From NCBI GenBank assembly GCA_040219255.1, contig JAVJSW010000007.1, positions 1 to 64,000 of the forward strand: a DNA stretch of 64,000 nt. Direction: 5' to 3'. Position numbers and translations under genes: made by a program. Below the pieces are notes generated by a model. That model searched no databases, had not been told where the DNA came from, and saw only the letters and a program-made list of their open reading frames with translations. This stretch comes from Sumerlaeia bacterium (lineage in GTDB: Bacteria; Sumerlaeota; Sumerlaeia; SLMS01; JAHLLQ01). Shown piece by piece: positions 9,550 to 19,684 of this stretch (position 1 is its first letter; every line of letters begins with the position of its first letter).

Positions 9550-10632
9550 ATGAATCTCATCAAATCTTTGTCTCGCGCCGCCGCCATCGGCCTCCTTGCC
9601 CTTGCCACCAGCTTCGCCGCCAACTCGGCGGATGCGGCCAAAATTTACGTCGATCCGGGCCACGGCGGGTCGGACCCGGGCGCTGTCAACAGCAGCAAAG
9701 GAACCACGGAAGCTTCCCGCGTTCTCTACACCGGACTGCGCACCCGCGACTGGCTGAACGCCGATACCTCCGACAGCGGCGGCGGCGGCTCCTGGACGGT
9801 GCGCTTGGCACGCACGACGAACGTGTCGGTCAGTCTGTCGGGCCGCGTGAACGACTCGAACAGTTGGGGCGCCAACCGCTTCATCTCGATTCACCAGAAC
9901 GCGAACTCCGGCACCCCGGCCACCGGAACGGAGACCTTCTCCTACAGCAGCTCGGGCACGGGGGCCTCGCTGCGTAACACGGTGCAATCCGAGGCCATCG
10001 CCGCCTGGGGTCTGTCGAATCGCGGCAACAAGACAGCGAATTTCTATGTGATCCGCTACACGAACGCCCCCGCCTGCCTGACGGAGATGGGTTTCATCAA
10101 CAACACGGCGGTGGACTGGACCTACTGCTCGTCGAACACGCAGTGCGACAAGTTCGCCAAGCACATGATGTTCGCCGTTCAGCGCCACTACGGCTACTCG
10201 AAGTACACCCCCGGCGCGACCGCCGTTGAGGTGATCGTGGACAATGACACCAGTGCCTTCATCAAGTCGAGCAACTGGTGGGCGAGCAGCTCGACCTCGG
10301 GCTACTACGGCAGCAACTACCGCGTCCGCAGCACCGCTTCCACCTCGGACGCGGCGATCTGGCGCGGCAACATCCCCAGCGATGGCTCTTACAAGGTTTA
10401 CGTGCGTTACACCTCCGGTTCGAACCGGGCGTCCTCGGCGCCCTACATCGTTTACCACACGGGCGGCAGCACGACCAAGAACATCAACCAGCAGTCCAAC
10501 GGCGGCGCCTGGGTGCTGCACGGCACCTATAACCTCTACAAGGGCTCGACGGCCAACCGCGTGGCGCTGTCCTGCTGGACCTCCTCGGGAACCTACGTCA
10601 TCGCCGACTCGGTGCGGTTCGTGAAGCAGTAA
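9550..10632 (+). CDS. Secreted Amidase_3 plus golvesin/Xly-like domain, copy 2 (tandem paralog)
   Basis: Same motifs and collinear with copy 1; start MNLIKSLSR parallels MNLLQSFSR. Confidence 0.88.
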   Translation: MNLIKSLSRAAAIGLLALATSFAANSADAAKIYVDPGHGGSDPGAVNSSKGTTEASRVLYTGLRTRDWLNADTSDSGGGGSWTVRLARTTNVSVSLSGRVNDSNSWGANRFISIHQNANSGTPATGTETFSYSSSGTGASLRNTVQSEAIAAWGLSNRGNKTANFYVIRYTNAPACLTEMGFINNTAVDWTYCSSNTQCDKFAKHMMFAVQRHYGYSKYTPGATAVEVIVDNDTSAFIKSSNWWASSSTSGYYGSNYRVRSTASTSDAAIWRGNIPSDGSYKVYVRYTSGSNRASSAPYIVYHTGGSTTKNINQQSNGGAWVLHGTYNLYKGSTANRVALSCWTSSGTYVIADSVRFVKQ

Positions 10633-10688
10633 TCAGGAAAAGCGGCAGACGCTGGCTTGACCCTTGCGCTGAAGAAAGAGTATGACAC

Positions 10689-10726
10689 GGGGTCCGCTGG
10701 AGAGATTCGGCGGACCCTTCGCTTTA
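10689..10726 (+). terminator. Probable terminator after amidase copy 2
   Basis: GGGTCCGCTG...CGGCGGACCC stem with a T-rich tail. Confidence 0.55.
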
Positions 10727-10771
10727 TTGCAACTCTTTGACACTTTCTCTTTGGAGAGTTTTTCGTTCGTT

Positions 10772-13402
10772 ATGATGGTTTCCTTTCGCCGTACTTCCCG
10801 CTGGACGCGTTGGCCCGTTTTGGCCGCCCTGGCCTTGGCTCCGGGATTGGCTTTATGCCACCCGGGCTTTCATGGCCATTCCGATGGGGGCCATTCCGAT
10901 GGGGGCCATTCCCAAGGGGGCGCGGAATTCCAGCATAGAGCGGCGCAATCGCTGGTGACGATTGGCGAGGGCGATCCTTCTCCGCAGTCCGAGCGCGCCT
11001 GGCAACTGATCGCCGAAGCCATCGCGAAAACCGCCGCGGGCGAGCGCGAGGCGGCCTACGCCCTTTATCGCGAGGCGGCCGATGTGGACCCGGAATCGGG
11101 AATCCCGGCCCTGGCGCGGTTTCTGACGCTGACCGGTCAGGGCGAGGCGCTGGACGAACTCTTCGCCGCGCTGGAGGAGTCGGCCACGACGCCCACCCTT
11201 CGCGCGCGCAGCCTGGCCATTGCCGGTCGGCTGGACGACGCCATCGCCCTTCTGCGTCAAGCCCAGCCCGCCGGCACCGATGGGCTGGCGGCCCAGAGCA
11301 CGGCGCTGCTGGCGCGTTTGCTGGAGCGCCGTGGCGAAGGCTCCGAAGCCGCCCGGCTTTTGCAGGACGCGTTGCTGGAAACGGAGAACCTAAGCGCGGA
11401 GCAACTCCTCGCAACGCCCTACATGCCGCTGGCGACGGCGCATGCGAACACGCTCGACCCGGAGCCTATGACCCGGGCCGTGGGGCGGGCGCTCGAAGCG
11501 ATCGCGCCGGATCGGCTGGTGGCGGTGGAGGTGATCGATCCCTGGATCCGGGCCGTGATGGCGCGCGACGACTACTTTGAAATCCGAGGCGGGATTCTGT
11601 CCGCGGCGCGCCAGGCCGGACCCGGCGGGGCTCTGCTCGGGACGCGCCTTCTGATGTTCGAGGAAGACCCGCAAGGGGCTCAGGAATTCCTCCAGCCGTT
11701 GGCGGCCAAGCATCGCGGCGCCCGATTCTGGCCGGTGATCGCGGCGGAGCGGGCGGTGCTGCTGCGCAGTCTGGGCCGCGCGGAAGAAGCGCAGATGTTT
11801 ACTCTGCAAGCGGCGCGGGCCGAGCAAGGGGTGGCACGGGCGCGCCTGCTGCTCGATGGCGCGCGCGACGCCATGGCGGCCCGCGATGCCGCGAAGGCGC
11901 TCGAAATTCTCAGCGAGTTCCCGATCGGCGACCTCCCCGGCGACGAACAGGTCTTCGCCATTCTAGTGACCTTGCAGGCCCATGCGCGGCTCGAGGACCT
12001 GGACGGCTTCACGGAGTTCTACGCCGTGCACGCGGCGGAGCTGAACCCGGAAGAGTTGCTCCTGATCCACGATGGCGTCCTGGACAAGATCGTGGAATCG
12101 CCGTTCGCCCTGGAAATCGAAAAGGCGGTGCGCGCCCAATTTGCTGAATCGCCGGAGGACACGGAGCCGAAGCTGTGGCTTCTAGCCGCCGAAGCCGCCC
12201 GCCGCGCAGGCCTGAAACCGAACGAGTTGGAAGCCCGTTACCAGTACACCCGGCTCAAACCGGAGGATACGGCGGCGCTGTTCCAACTCGGTCAGGAAAG
12301 CTACGCCCTGGTGATGGAGCTGGCGACGCTCGACCGGGAAATCCTGGAAGTCCTGCCGGAAGGGGAGCAGGAGAAGGTGACCGCCATGGCGGAGAAGGCT
12401 CTGACCGCCCTGGTGCGAGTGATGCCCTTCGCCCCGGAGCCGCAGGAGTGGCTCATGGACGTCTACAAAGCGACCGATCGCCCCGATATGGCGGCCAAAG
12501 TCCATGAACTGGTCACGGCCCAATCGGACAACTCGAGCATCCTGGGCAATGCCGCTTATGTGCTGGCCACCAATGGGTTTCCCGAGGAAGCCATGAAACT
12601 GTACGAAAAAGCCCTGGAGCGGGACCCTGACAACGGCCAGATCGCCATGAACCGCGCCGCGAATCTGACGCGCCTCAAGCGATGGGACGAAGCCATCGCG
12701 TTCCACAAGGACCTTCTGGAGCATGGCTGGAAAGGCAAGCAGTGGCACAATCACGACCAAGTGCTGCGGCTGTGGAAGTACTCGGCCCACCTGGGCCAGG
12801 AAGAGGAAATCCGCCAGTACTTTCGTACCGTCATCACAAAGGTCCCGGAGCATTTCCGCGAAACCCTCTACGGCGATTTGACGTCGAACTTCACGCAGGA
12901 AGGCCAGCCGGAGGAGGCCGAGTTCTACCTGCGCAAGTTCCTGCCGGTGACGGAGAATCCCTCGATCCGCGTGGACGCCTGGACCGAGGTGGCGAAGTCC
13001 TACCAGAAGGCGGGGCAATGGGAACGGGCGGATGAGCTTCTGGTGGAAGCCTTGACCACGATGGACGATTATCAGCAGGGCCGCATCGACCTGACCATGG
13101 CGCGGGCTCGCATCTGGGCCGATGAGGGCCGCATCGAAGAATCGGTGGAGCAGTTGCGGAAGTTGGCCGAGAAAGAGGGCAAAGCGGCGGCGCTGGCTTA
13201 CCTGATCGCGGGCGAAATCGCCGAGCAGCAACTCAATGACCGCGAACGCGCCGAGCGATTCTACCGCGCCTTTCTCGACACGAAGACGACGGACTTTCAG
13301 CTCCGCCGGCGCGTCGAGGCCAATCTCTCGCGCCTGATGGAGCAGACCGGCCCTTTCCTTCCGCGCCAGGAAGCCACCGCCACCGGGGAGGCACAGCCAT
13401 GA
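10772..13402 (+). CDS. Large exported TPR-repeat protein with a His-rich N-terminus
   Basis: Signal-like N-terminus, then HPGFHGHSDGGHSDGGHS; TPR-like helices (EEAMKLYEKALERDPDN). Confidence 0.75.
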   Translation: MMVSFRRTSRWTRWPVLAALALAPGLALCHPGFHGHSDGGHSDGGHSQGGAEFQHRAAQSLVTIGEGDPSPQSERAWQLIAEAIAKTAAGEREAAYALYREAADVDPESGIPALARFLTLTGQGEALDELFAALEESATTPTLRARSLAIAGRLDDAIALLRQAQPAGTDGLAAQSTALLARLLERRGEGSEAARLLQDALLETENLSAEQLLATPYMPLATAHANTLDPEPMTRAVGRALEAIAPDRLVAVEVIDPWIRAVMARDDYFEIRGGILSAARQAGPGGALLGTRLLMFEEDPQGAQEFLQPLAAKHRGARFWPVIAAERAVLLRSLGRAEEAQMFTLQAARAEQGVARARLLLDGARDAMAARDAAKALEILSEFPIGDLPGDEQVFAILVTLQAHARLEDLDGFTEFYAVHAAELNPEELLLIHDGVLDKIVESPFALEIEKAVRAQFAESPEDTEPKLWLLAAEAARRAGLKPNELEARYQYTRLKPEDTAALFQLGQESYALVMELATLDREILEVLPEGEQEKVTAMAEKALTALVRVMPFAPEPQEWLMDVYKATDRPDMAAKVHELVTAQSDNSSILGNAAYVLATNGFPEEAMKLYEKALERDPDNGQIAMNRAANLTRLKRWDEAIAFHKDLLEHGWKGKQWHNHDQVLRLWKYSAHLGQEEEIRQYFRTVITKVPEHFRETLYGDLTSNFTQEGQPEEAEFYLRKFLPVTENPSIRVDAWTEVAKSYQKAGQWERADELLVEALTTMDDYQQGRIDLTMARARIWADEGRIEESVEQLRKLAEKEGKAAALAYLIAGEIAEQQLNDRERAERFYRAFLDTKTTDFQLRRRVEANLSRLMEQTGPFLPRQEATATGEAQP
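10874..10918 (+). repeat. Three tandem 15-bp in-frame repeats (GGCCATTCCGATGGG) encoding GHSDG
   Basis: Read directly; the third copy is GGCCATTCCCAAGGG. Confidence 0.85.
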
Positions 13403-16400
13403 GAAGGTTCTTGATGGCCGCCGCGATGGCGGGGCTGGCGATGGCACCGGCCTGGGCCCAGGACTCGGTGACGCTGAAGGGGCGCGTGGCGATTCCGCCG
13501 GGGGCGAGTGCCCAGGGCGCTGTCGTGCGTGTTTACGAAGCACCGGCGCCGATAGTGGAAAACGCCGTCCAGGAACCGGCGGCGACAGCCGATGTGAAGC
13601 CTGACGGCCGGTTCGATTTGGAGTACGCGCCGACGGAGAAGACGGAACTGGAAATCGTGGGGCCGGAAGTGCGACGCGCCCGCTTTCCCTGGCCCGGGGA
13701 AAGCCAAGCGGGAACCGATGCGGTGTTCCGCTTCGACGTCGAGCGCGGCGTCGAAAGCGCCCTCACCGTGACAGACTTGCAGGGCGCGCCGCTTGCCGGC
13801 GTTCTGATCGGGCCGGTGATGGTCTTGCAGGACGAGGGCGCGAGCGAGGGTCTGATCCACTACAGCCACGCGTTTTTCGCGCAAACCGGCTCGGATGGCC
13901 GGGCGAGTCTTCCAGGCCTCAACATCGGCGCCCGCTACCAGACGCAACTCTTCGCGCCGGGCTACGAACGTAAACGCGTCAGCTTTGGAGCCGGCGAAAC
14001 CGTGCCGGTGGAGCTGAAGAGTGCCCGATTCACCGTCACCGGCCAAGTCGTCGGCAGCAAGTCCTATGAACCGCAGCCGGGCCTGCCGGTGCTGGTGATG
14101 GGCAAGGACGCCATTTTCGAATTCCGCCGCAACGCCGACGCGGAAGGGAACTTCATTCTCGAAGGCCTGCCCGAAGACACCTATGAAATGATCGCCGACG
14201 TGCCCATGGCGCCGCCCGCCATCGCCTCTGAAGTCTATGTCGGCGAAGGCGCGATCCTCGACGACGTGCTGGTTTTCGCCTTCGAGGGCATCGACATCGG
14301 CGGAACCGTGGTGGACGTGGAAACGGGCGAGCCCATTCCCGGCGCGACCGTTGACTTCGCTGGCGTCACGCAAGCCGTCGATCCGGAGGGGGGCTTTTTC
14401 TTTGAACGCTACAAGGGCCCCTGGCCGGCGCTGCTCGACCCCAAGGCCCCCAACTACAAGTACGACCCGGCCCTGGACCAGGAAGACAACGCCCATAACG
14501 TGACCAACGGCGCCGAAGACAAAACGGCGATCACGCTGAATCTGCGGCGGTTACGGGTGTTGGAAATCCTGGCGAATCTGGACTCGGACGGAGGCGCGAT
14601 GCTGGAACTCCGCCAGCCCGACGTGGATAAGCTGGAAGAAACCCGCCGCCGCGTCACCGGCCCCCGCAACGTGATCGAGCTGCGCCGCTCGGGTCCGCTG
14701 GTGGCGTGGCTGCGCGCCTCCGATGGAACCGCCGTTTCCGATCTGACGACGGTGGACATTCCCTTCGACGCGACGACGACGACGCTGCCGCTGACCCTGG
14801 GGCCGGGGGCGACGCTGGCTGGCAGTCTGGCCTACGCGGACGAGGAAACGCCTCGCGCGCCCAAGTTCACCCTCGAACTGCGCGCCACCGGCGTCGATAC
14901 GCCGGAGCCCGTCGTGGTCGTCACGGCCTCGGGCGACAGCGAAGGCGCCTTCACGCTGGAGGGCCTTCCCCCCGGCGACTTCGAAGCCGTCTTCCAGCGC
15001 GCCGAGGGCGAGCCCTACCTGACTGAAACGGTGACGCTGGAACGCAACGCGACGACCCGCCTCGACCGCCAGGTGATCCGTGGCGAAACCGCCTCCGGTG
15101 TCGTCTTGAACAGCGAACGGCAACCGGTCGGCAACGCCCGCGTGGCGCTCTACGGCATCGGGACCGACGGCGCCAGCCTGCACCTGAACAAGACCACCGG
15201 CGAGGACGGCAAGTTCGCCTTCGAGGACCTGGGTGGTCTCGGCGTGAAGGAACTCAAAGTCGAGCATGACGACTACGAACCGAAGTCCCTGACGAACCTG
15301 GCGCTGCCCGCCGAAGACATGGAAGTCGTTCTGACCGATCGCGCCGGCGTGACGGTGCGGCTGGCGGGGACGCCAGAGGCGCTCAATGGTGCCCGCGCGC
15401 ACCTGATGGTCGGGCGGATGCAGCCCTCGGGCGCGGGCGGCGACCAATGGGTCTACATGAACGAAAGCCAGCGCGATTTCTTCGGGGCCGAGACGGTGAC
15501 GCTGCTGCCGATGACGAACAGCCGCTATCGCGTCGCGGCGCGCATCGACTCGGCGTGGGATGTGTCGCCCGCCTTCGAATGGACCCGCGACGGCGAAGGC
15601 AAGGAAATCACCCTGACGCCCGGCGTCACCGGCCAGATCACCGCCATTGTCAGCGGAGAGCGGACCGCCGAGGAACTGGCGGCGCTGGATATCGTTCTGC
15701 TGAACACCGCCTTGCCAGAAGGCCCCACCGACGTGGAATTCCGGCCCCAGGCCTATCCGCCTAACGAACTGGTTTTCGCGGACCTGCCGGCTGGCGAGTA
15801 CATGCTCATCGGCTACTCGGAGAATCTGGAGTCGGTCACGGAAACGAACATCGACCTCGCCACCGGCGAGCGCAAACGGCTTGAACTCGAAATGTCCGCG
15901 CCCGATGGGACGCTGGAAGTCATCGTCCTGCGGGGCGGTGACAAACCTCAGCCCGCCTCTGGAGCCCGCGTCGTTCTGTATTTCAACGACGTGCCGGAAC
16001 CGGACCCGTTGATGGAGGAAACCACCGACGGCGAAGGCCGCGCGTCGCTCTTTCCGCTGTCGGGCGGGCGCGAATACCTGGCGGTCGTCACCGATGGCCA
16101 GCAAACCCAGCGCTTTCCCATTCGCCTGGGCGGTGCCGAGCAAACTGTCCGCCTGGTCCTCAGCCGCCCCGTCACGGTGTCACTGATCGTGCCCTCCGAT
16201 GTGCGGCAACTGATCGAGAGCGCCCCCGGCGTGCCGCTCCTTTTCCGCAGTCGCGAGAGCGGCGAAACCACCGCCGTCGGTGGCGAGAACGTGGACGCGC
16301 CGGTGGACATGGCCCCCGGAGCCTACGATGTCGATTGGGGCGAGACACCGCTGGGCAGCATCGACGTGCCGCAGCAAGGCGGCTCGGTGCGTATTCCCGG

Positions 16401-16410
16401 CTTGACGTAG
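13399..16410 (+). CDS. Exported acidic protein with repeated carboxypeptidase-regulatory-like (transthyretin/Cna-B fold) domains
   Basis: Signal peptide AWA|Q; repeated GxVxD..G.P+.GA.V...T..DG.F....L pattern; ATGA overlap with the TPR gene. Confidence 0.75.
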   Translation: MRRFLMAAAMAGLAMAPAWAQDSVTLKGRVAIPPGASAQGAVVRVYEAPAPIVENAVQEPAATADVKPDGRFDLEYAPTEKTELEIVGPEVRRARFPWPGESQAGTDAVFRFDVERGVESALTVTDLQGAPLAGVLIGPVMVLQDEGASEGLIHYSHAFFAQTGSDGRASLPGLNIGARYQTQLFAPGYERKRVSFGAGETVPVELKSARFTVTGQVVGSKSYEPQPGLPVLVMGKDAIFEFRRNADAEGNFILEGLPEDTYEMIADVPMAPPAIASEVYVGEGAILDDVLVFAFEGIDIGGTVVDVETGEPIPGATVDFAGVTQAVDPEGGFFFERYKGPWPALLDPKAPNYKYDPALDQEDNAHNVTNGAEDKTAITLNLRRLRVLEILANLDSDGGAMLELRQPDVDKLEETRRRVTGPRNVIELRRSGPLVAWLRASDGTAVSDLTTVDIPFDATTTTLPLTLGPGATLAGSLAYADEETPRAPKFTLELRATGVDTPEPVVVVTASGDSEGAFTLEGLPPGDFEAVFQRAEGEPYLTETVTLERNATTRLDRQVIRGETASGVVLNSERQPVGNARVALYGIGTDGASLHLNKTTGEDGKFAFEDLGGLGVKELKVEHDDYEPKSLTNLALPAEDMEVVLTDRAGVTVRLAGTPEALNGARAHLMVGRMQPSGAGGDQWVYMNESQRDFFGAETVTLLPMTNSRYRVAARIDSAWDVSPAFEWTRDGEGKEITLTPGVTGQITAIVSGERTAEELAALDIVLLNTALPEGPTDVEFRPQAYPPNELVFADLPAGEYMLIGYSENLESVTETNIDLATGERKRLELEMSAPDGTLEVIVLRGGDKPQPASGARVVLYFNDVPEPDPLMEETTDGEGRASLFPLSGGREYLAVVTDGQQTQRFPIRLGGAEQTVRLVLSRPVTVSLIVPSDVRQLIESAPGVPLLFRSRESGETTAVGGENVDAPVDMAPGAYDVDWGETPLGSIDVPQQGGSVRIPGLT

Positions 16411-16431
16411 CGGGCAGTATCATGGTGTGAA

Positions 16432-16983
16432 ATGCGCACTATGAATCCAAAGCACGAAATCCGCATCAGCAAGTTTTTCAGCCTCGTCCTGCGCCACGAT
16501 CCGGCCAAGGCGGGGCTGACGCTCGACGCCAACGGCTGGGCGCAGGTGGAGGCGCTGCTGGCCGGCTGCGGCCGCGCCGGGCTGGCCGTCACGCGCGAAG
16601 AGCTTGACCACGTCGTCGCCAACAACCCCAAGAAGCGCTTCGCCCTCTCGCCCGATGGCGCACGAATTCGCGCGAGCCAGGGCCACAGCGTCGCTGTCGA
16701 TCTGGCTCTGGCGGCGCAAACGCCGCCGGAAATTCTGTTCCACGGCACGGCGGACCGTAACCTCGCCAGCATCAAGGACCGGGGCCTCGTCCGGGGCGGG
16801 CGTCAACACGTGCATCTCTCGCTGGACGAAGAAACCGCATTCAAAGTCGGCCAGCGCCACGGCCGGCCCCTGATCCTGCGGGTGCGGGCGGCGGAGATGG
16901 CGGCGGCTGGGTTTGCGTTCCACTGTTCGGAGAACGGTGTGTGGCTGGTGGATGAGGTTCCCGCCGAGTATCTGGAGTACTGA
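16432..16983 (+). CDS. kptA: RNA 2'-phosphotransferase (Tpt1/KptA)
   Basis: SKFFSLVLRHDP, KKRF, IRASQGHS, LFHGT, RQHVHLS and SENGVWL motifs. Confidence 0.95.
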   Translation: MRTMNPKHEIRISKFFSLVLRHDPAKAGLTLDANGWAQVEALLAGCGRAGLAVTREELDHVVANNPKKRFALSPDGARIRASQGHSVAVDLALAAQTPPEILFHGTADRNLASIKDRGLVRGGRQHVHLSLDEETAFKVGQRHGRPLILRVRAAEMAAAGFAFHCSENGVWLVDEVPAEYLEY

Positions 16984-16987
16984 GGCG

Positions 16988-17890
16988 TCAGGCCTTGGCG
17001 CGGCTGCTCCGCAAACCATCCCACGAATACACAGCCAGCGCCGCCCAGATGAAGCAGAAGCTGAAGAGCTTGCCGCGATCCATGGGCTCGCCATAGGCGA
17101 GAACCGCCAGGAGGAACTGAATCGTTGGCGACAGATATTGCAATATGCCCACGGTTGCATATTGCAGACGCTTCACCGCCGCGGCGAACAGGAGCAACGG
17201 CGTGGCCGTGATGATTCCGGAAACCGCCAGCAGCACGTTGTCCTGCATGGACCCGCCGAGGAACGCGCCCTCGCCAATCACCGCCAGCCATACGATCGCA
17301 CCGAGGGTGATCGGCAGAATCAGCCCGGTCTCGATGGTCAGGCCCTCCATTGCGCCGACGGGGGCCATCTTGCGCAGCAGGCCGTAGAAGCCGAAGCTGC
17401 ACGCCAGAATCACGGAAATCCAGGGGAAGACTCCGTAATGCCACGTCAGCAGCCCCACGCCCGTGGCGGCGAGGGCGATAGCGAAGCCCTGGAGCGGACG
17501 CAGGCGCTCGCGCAGGAAGAGAACGCCCAGCGCCACATTCACCAGCGGGTTGATGAAATAGCCGAGGCTGCCCTGGACAATGCGGCCGGTGTTGATGGCG
17601 TAGAGGAAAACGCCCCAGTTCGTGCAGATCAAGAGCGTCGTGACAGCGAGCACGCCGAGGAGCTTTGGCTGGCGAATGACCTCGCGGAGCGGCCGCAGCG
17701 CGCCCCTCAGCACCGCCACAGCCACAAGCAGCACGCATGTCCACGCCGCCCGGTGCATGGTCAATTCCCACGCCGGGATGTGATCCAGGAGCTTGAAGTA
17801 GGCGGGCATGAACCCCCACCACAAATAGGACCCGGCGCCCAGCAGGACGCCAAGAGTTCGCTGCTTCTTGTCGTCGTCCATAGGGGTCAC
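16988..17890 (-). CDS. rarD: EamA-family transporter RarD
   Basis: YLWWG..P.YFKLL, SLGYFINPLVNV, FGFYGLLRK and GILQYLSPT motifs. Confidence 0.92.
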   Translation of the reverse strand: MTPMDDDKKQRTLGVLLGAGSYLWWGFMPAYFKLLDHIPAWELTMHRAAWTCVLLVAVAVLRGALRPLREVIRQPKLLGVLAVTTLLICTNWGVFLYAINTGRIVQGSLGYFINPLVNVALGVLFLRERLRPLQGFAIALAATGVGLLTWHYGVFPWISVILACSFGFYGLLRKMAPVGAMEGLTIETGLILPITLGAIVWLAVIGEGAFLGGSMQDNVLLAVSGIITATPLLLFAAAVKRLQYATVGILQYLSPTIQFLLAVLAYGEPMDRGKLFSFCFIWAALAVYSWDGLRSSRAKA

Positions 17891-17923
17891 GGCGCGAAGG
17901 GCGCCGGTCTGAGGGGGAAGGAC

Positions 17924-18484
17924 TTAGAGGGTTTCCACCGTGGCGTGCGAGTTCGTGTAGATGCAGGTGTCGCCGGCGATCTTCAGGCTCTCGCGCACGA
18001 TCTCGTCGGCGCTCAGGTGGGTGGCGTGGCGAAAGAGCGCCAGCGCCGCCGATTGGGCGAAGGCGCCGCCGCTGCCGATACCGATCACCGGTTCGTCGGG
18101 CTCGACGACATCGCCGGTGCCCGACAGGAGCAGGATCGCGTCCTTGTCCGCGACGACCATCATGGCTTCCAGGCGCCGCAGCATGCGGTCCGTGCGCCAG
18201 AGTTTAGCCAGCTCCACCGCCGCGCGGCGCAGGTTGCCGTCGTGCTCTTCCAGCTTGGCTTCGAATTTTTCCAGCAGCGCGAAGGCGTCCGCCGTGGCGC
18301 CGGCGAAACCGGTCAGGACCTTGCCGCCGTAAATGCGGCGCACCTTCTTGGCGGTGTGCTTGATGGCGATGTTCTGAAGGGAAACCTGGCCGTCGCCGCC
18401 GAGGGCCGTCTGGCCGTCCTTGCGGCAGGCGCAAATCGTCGTCGAGCGCCATCCGAGGCGGGCGCGGTCGTTGGGGGAAGTCAT
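17924..18484 (-). CDS. hslV: ATP-dependent protease peptidase subunit HslV
   Basis: Short propeptide then TTI; [34 protein letters not shown] and CIYTN motifs. Confidence 0.95.
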   Translation of the reverse strand: MTSPNDRARLGWRSTTICACRKDGQTALGGDGQVSLQNIAIKHTAKKVRRIYGGKVLTGFAGATADAFALLEKFEAKLEEHDGNLRRAAVELAKLWRTDRMLRRLEAMMVVADKDAILLLSGTGDVVEPDEPVIGIGSGGAFAQSAALALFRHATHLSADEIVRESLKIAGDTCIYTNSHATVETL

Positions 18485-18492
18485 GGGCGGGG

Positions 18493-18867
18493 TCAGTCCT
18501 TGGCGTCTTTCTCTTCGTAGCCTTGGGGCTTGGCGCGCTTGGTCTTGCGCAGCGCTTCGGCGTGATGGCGGATGGTCAGGCGCCGCTCGGCCACGGCGGT
18601 GTAAATGGGCCAGAACAGGGCCTGATACCCGGCGAAGGAGACGTAGAGCAGATTGTCGGACTCGAAAATCTGCATCGCCGCCAGCGCCAGCAGCAGGAAA
18701 ATCACCGTCAGGCCGCCGAACCAGATGAAGGCCCGGGGCCACAGGCCGCCTTCCGAGGTGGCCATAGCCAAGTGTTTGCGGGCTCCGAAGTGGCAAACGA
18801 GAGCCAATCCGGTCACCACCACCAGGATGATGAGAAGGTTGATGACGATTTGCGTTGTGAGGCCCAT
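18493..18867 (-). CDS. Small three-TM membrane protein of unknown function
   Basis: Three hydrophobic segments and a basic tail; co-oriented with hslV, 8 bp gap. Confidence 0.7.
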   Translation of the reverse strand: MGLTTQIVINLLIILVVVTGLALVCHFGARKHLAMATSEGGLWPRAFIWFGGLTVIFLLLALAAMQIFESDNLLYVSFAGYQALFWPIYTAVAERRLTIRHHAEALRKTKRAKPQGYEEKDAKD

Positions 18868-18912
18868 GGGTGTGTCGCTTTCGGCGGTCTGAAATCGCGT
18901 GGCGGCGCGGCG

Positions 18913-19164
18913 TTACGCGGTCTCGACGTAGGTCACGCCCTTGTCCGTCAGCCGCACGTAATCCTTGTCGTCTGTGTATTCCACCAGCCCGTGCTGCAAG
19001 AGGAACTTGAGACACATCGAGGAGGTGTTGGAATCCAGCCCGATTTCCTGCCCGAGTTTCAACCAACTAATAGGCTTTTCCGGATTTCCGGCGGCGTGGG
19101 CGTAGGTCTGAAAGAGGAAGTTCCGGCGTTCCTGTTCGAAGTTCTGACGCGTTTCGTGGCTCAT
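18913..19164 (-). CDS. Small winged-helix-like protein
   Basis: LGQEIGLD...[13 protein letters not shown]....VRLTDKG wHTH pattern. Confidence 0.65.
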   Translation of the reverse strand: MSHETRQNFEQERRNFLFQTYAHAAGNPEKPISWLKLGQEIGLDSNTSSMCLKFLLQHGLVEYTDDKDYVRLTDKGVTYVETA

Positions 19165-19342
19165 GGGGGGGGTCCTTGACGGCGGGATATTCTTTGCGGG
19201 AGAAGTTACAAGATACACGCCAGCGGGCGTTTCGGCGCCTTTCTCCCTTGGCCCGGGGCTGGCGTTTGGAAAGGATGCGGGGCGCTGGCGGGCGGATTCG
19301 CCCGACGCCAGTCACTACCAGGAAAGGGGCACGGCTTGCCTT

Positions 19343-19684
19343 ATGGCTTCCCCATCGGAACGGCAACTCATTCAGCTTCAGATCGAGCACCTGTTCGACC
19401 AAATGATCGAGCAGCAGCGCAAGAAAGTCGCCAAGGTGGCCCGGCGCATCCGTCCCAACCTGAGCGACGACGACCTGCGCGATCCCCACAGCCACCCGGA
19501 AATCAACGCCAGCCCCCATTGGAACTGGGAAGACGGCCTCCTCGCCGGATTGATCGCCGGCCAGACCGCGGTCATCCGTGAATTGCAGGACACGGCCCGC
19601 AAAACGACCTCCAATCCCGACGATGAAGAAGCCACCCACCTCAAGCGGCCCACCACCGATTCGAACGAGACGAACCGCCCATGA
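19343..19684 (+). CDS. Hypothetical helical protein
   Basis: Clean ORF with host-like codons (LSDDDLRDPH...WNWEDGLLAG); ATGA overlap with udk. Confidence 0.7.
   Translation: MASPSERQLIQLQIEHLFDQMIEQQRKKVAKVARRIRPNLSDDDLRDPHSHPEINASPHWNWEDGLLAGLIAGQTAVIRELQDTARKTTSNPDDEEATHLKRPTTDSNETNRP

Noticed and set aside
17924-19066. 380-aa extended HslV
   Set aside because: The extension overlaps two better genes; HslV needs an N-terminal Thr after a short propeptide, so the start is 18484.
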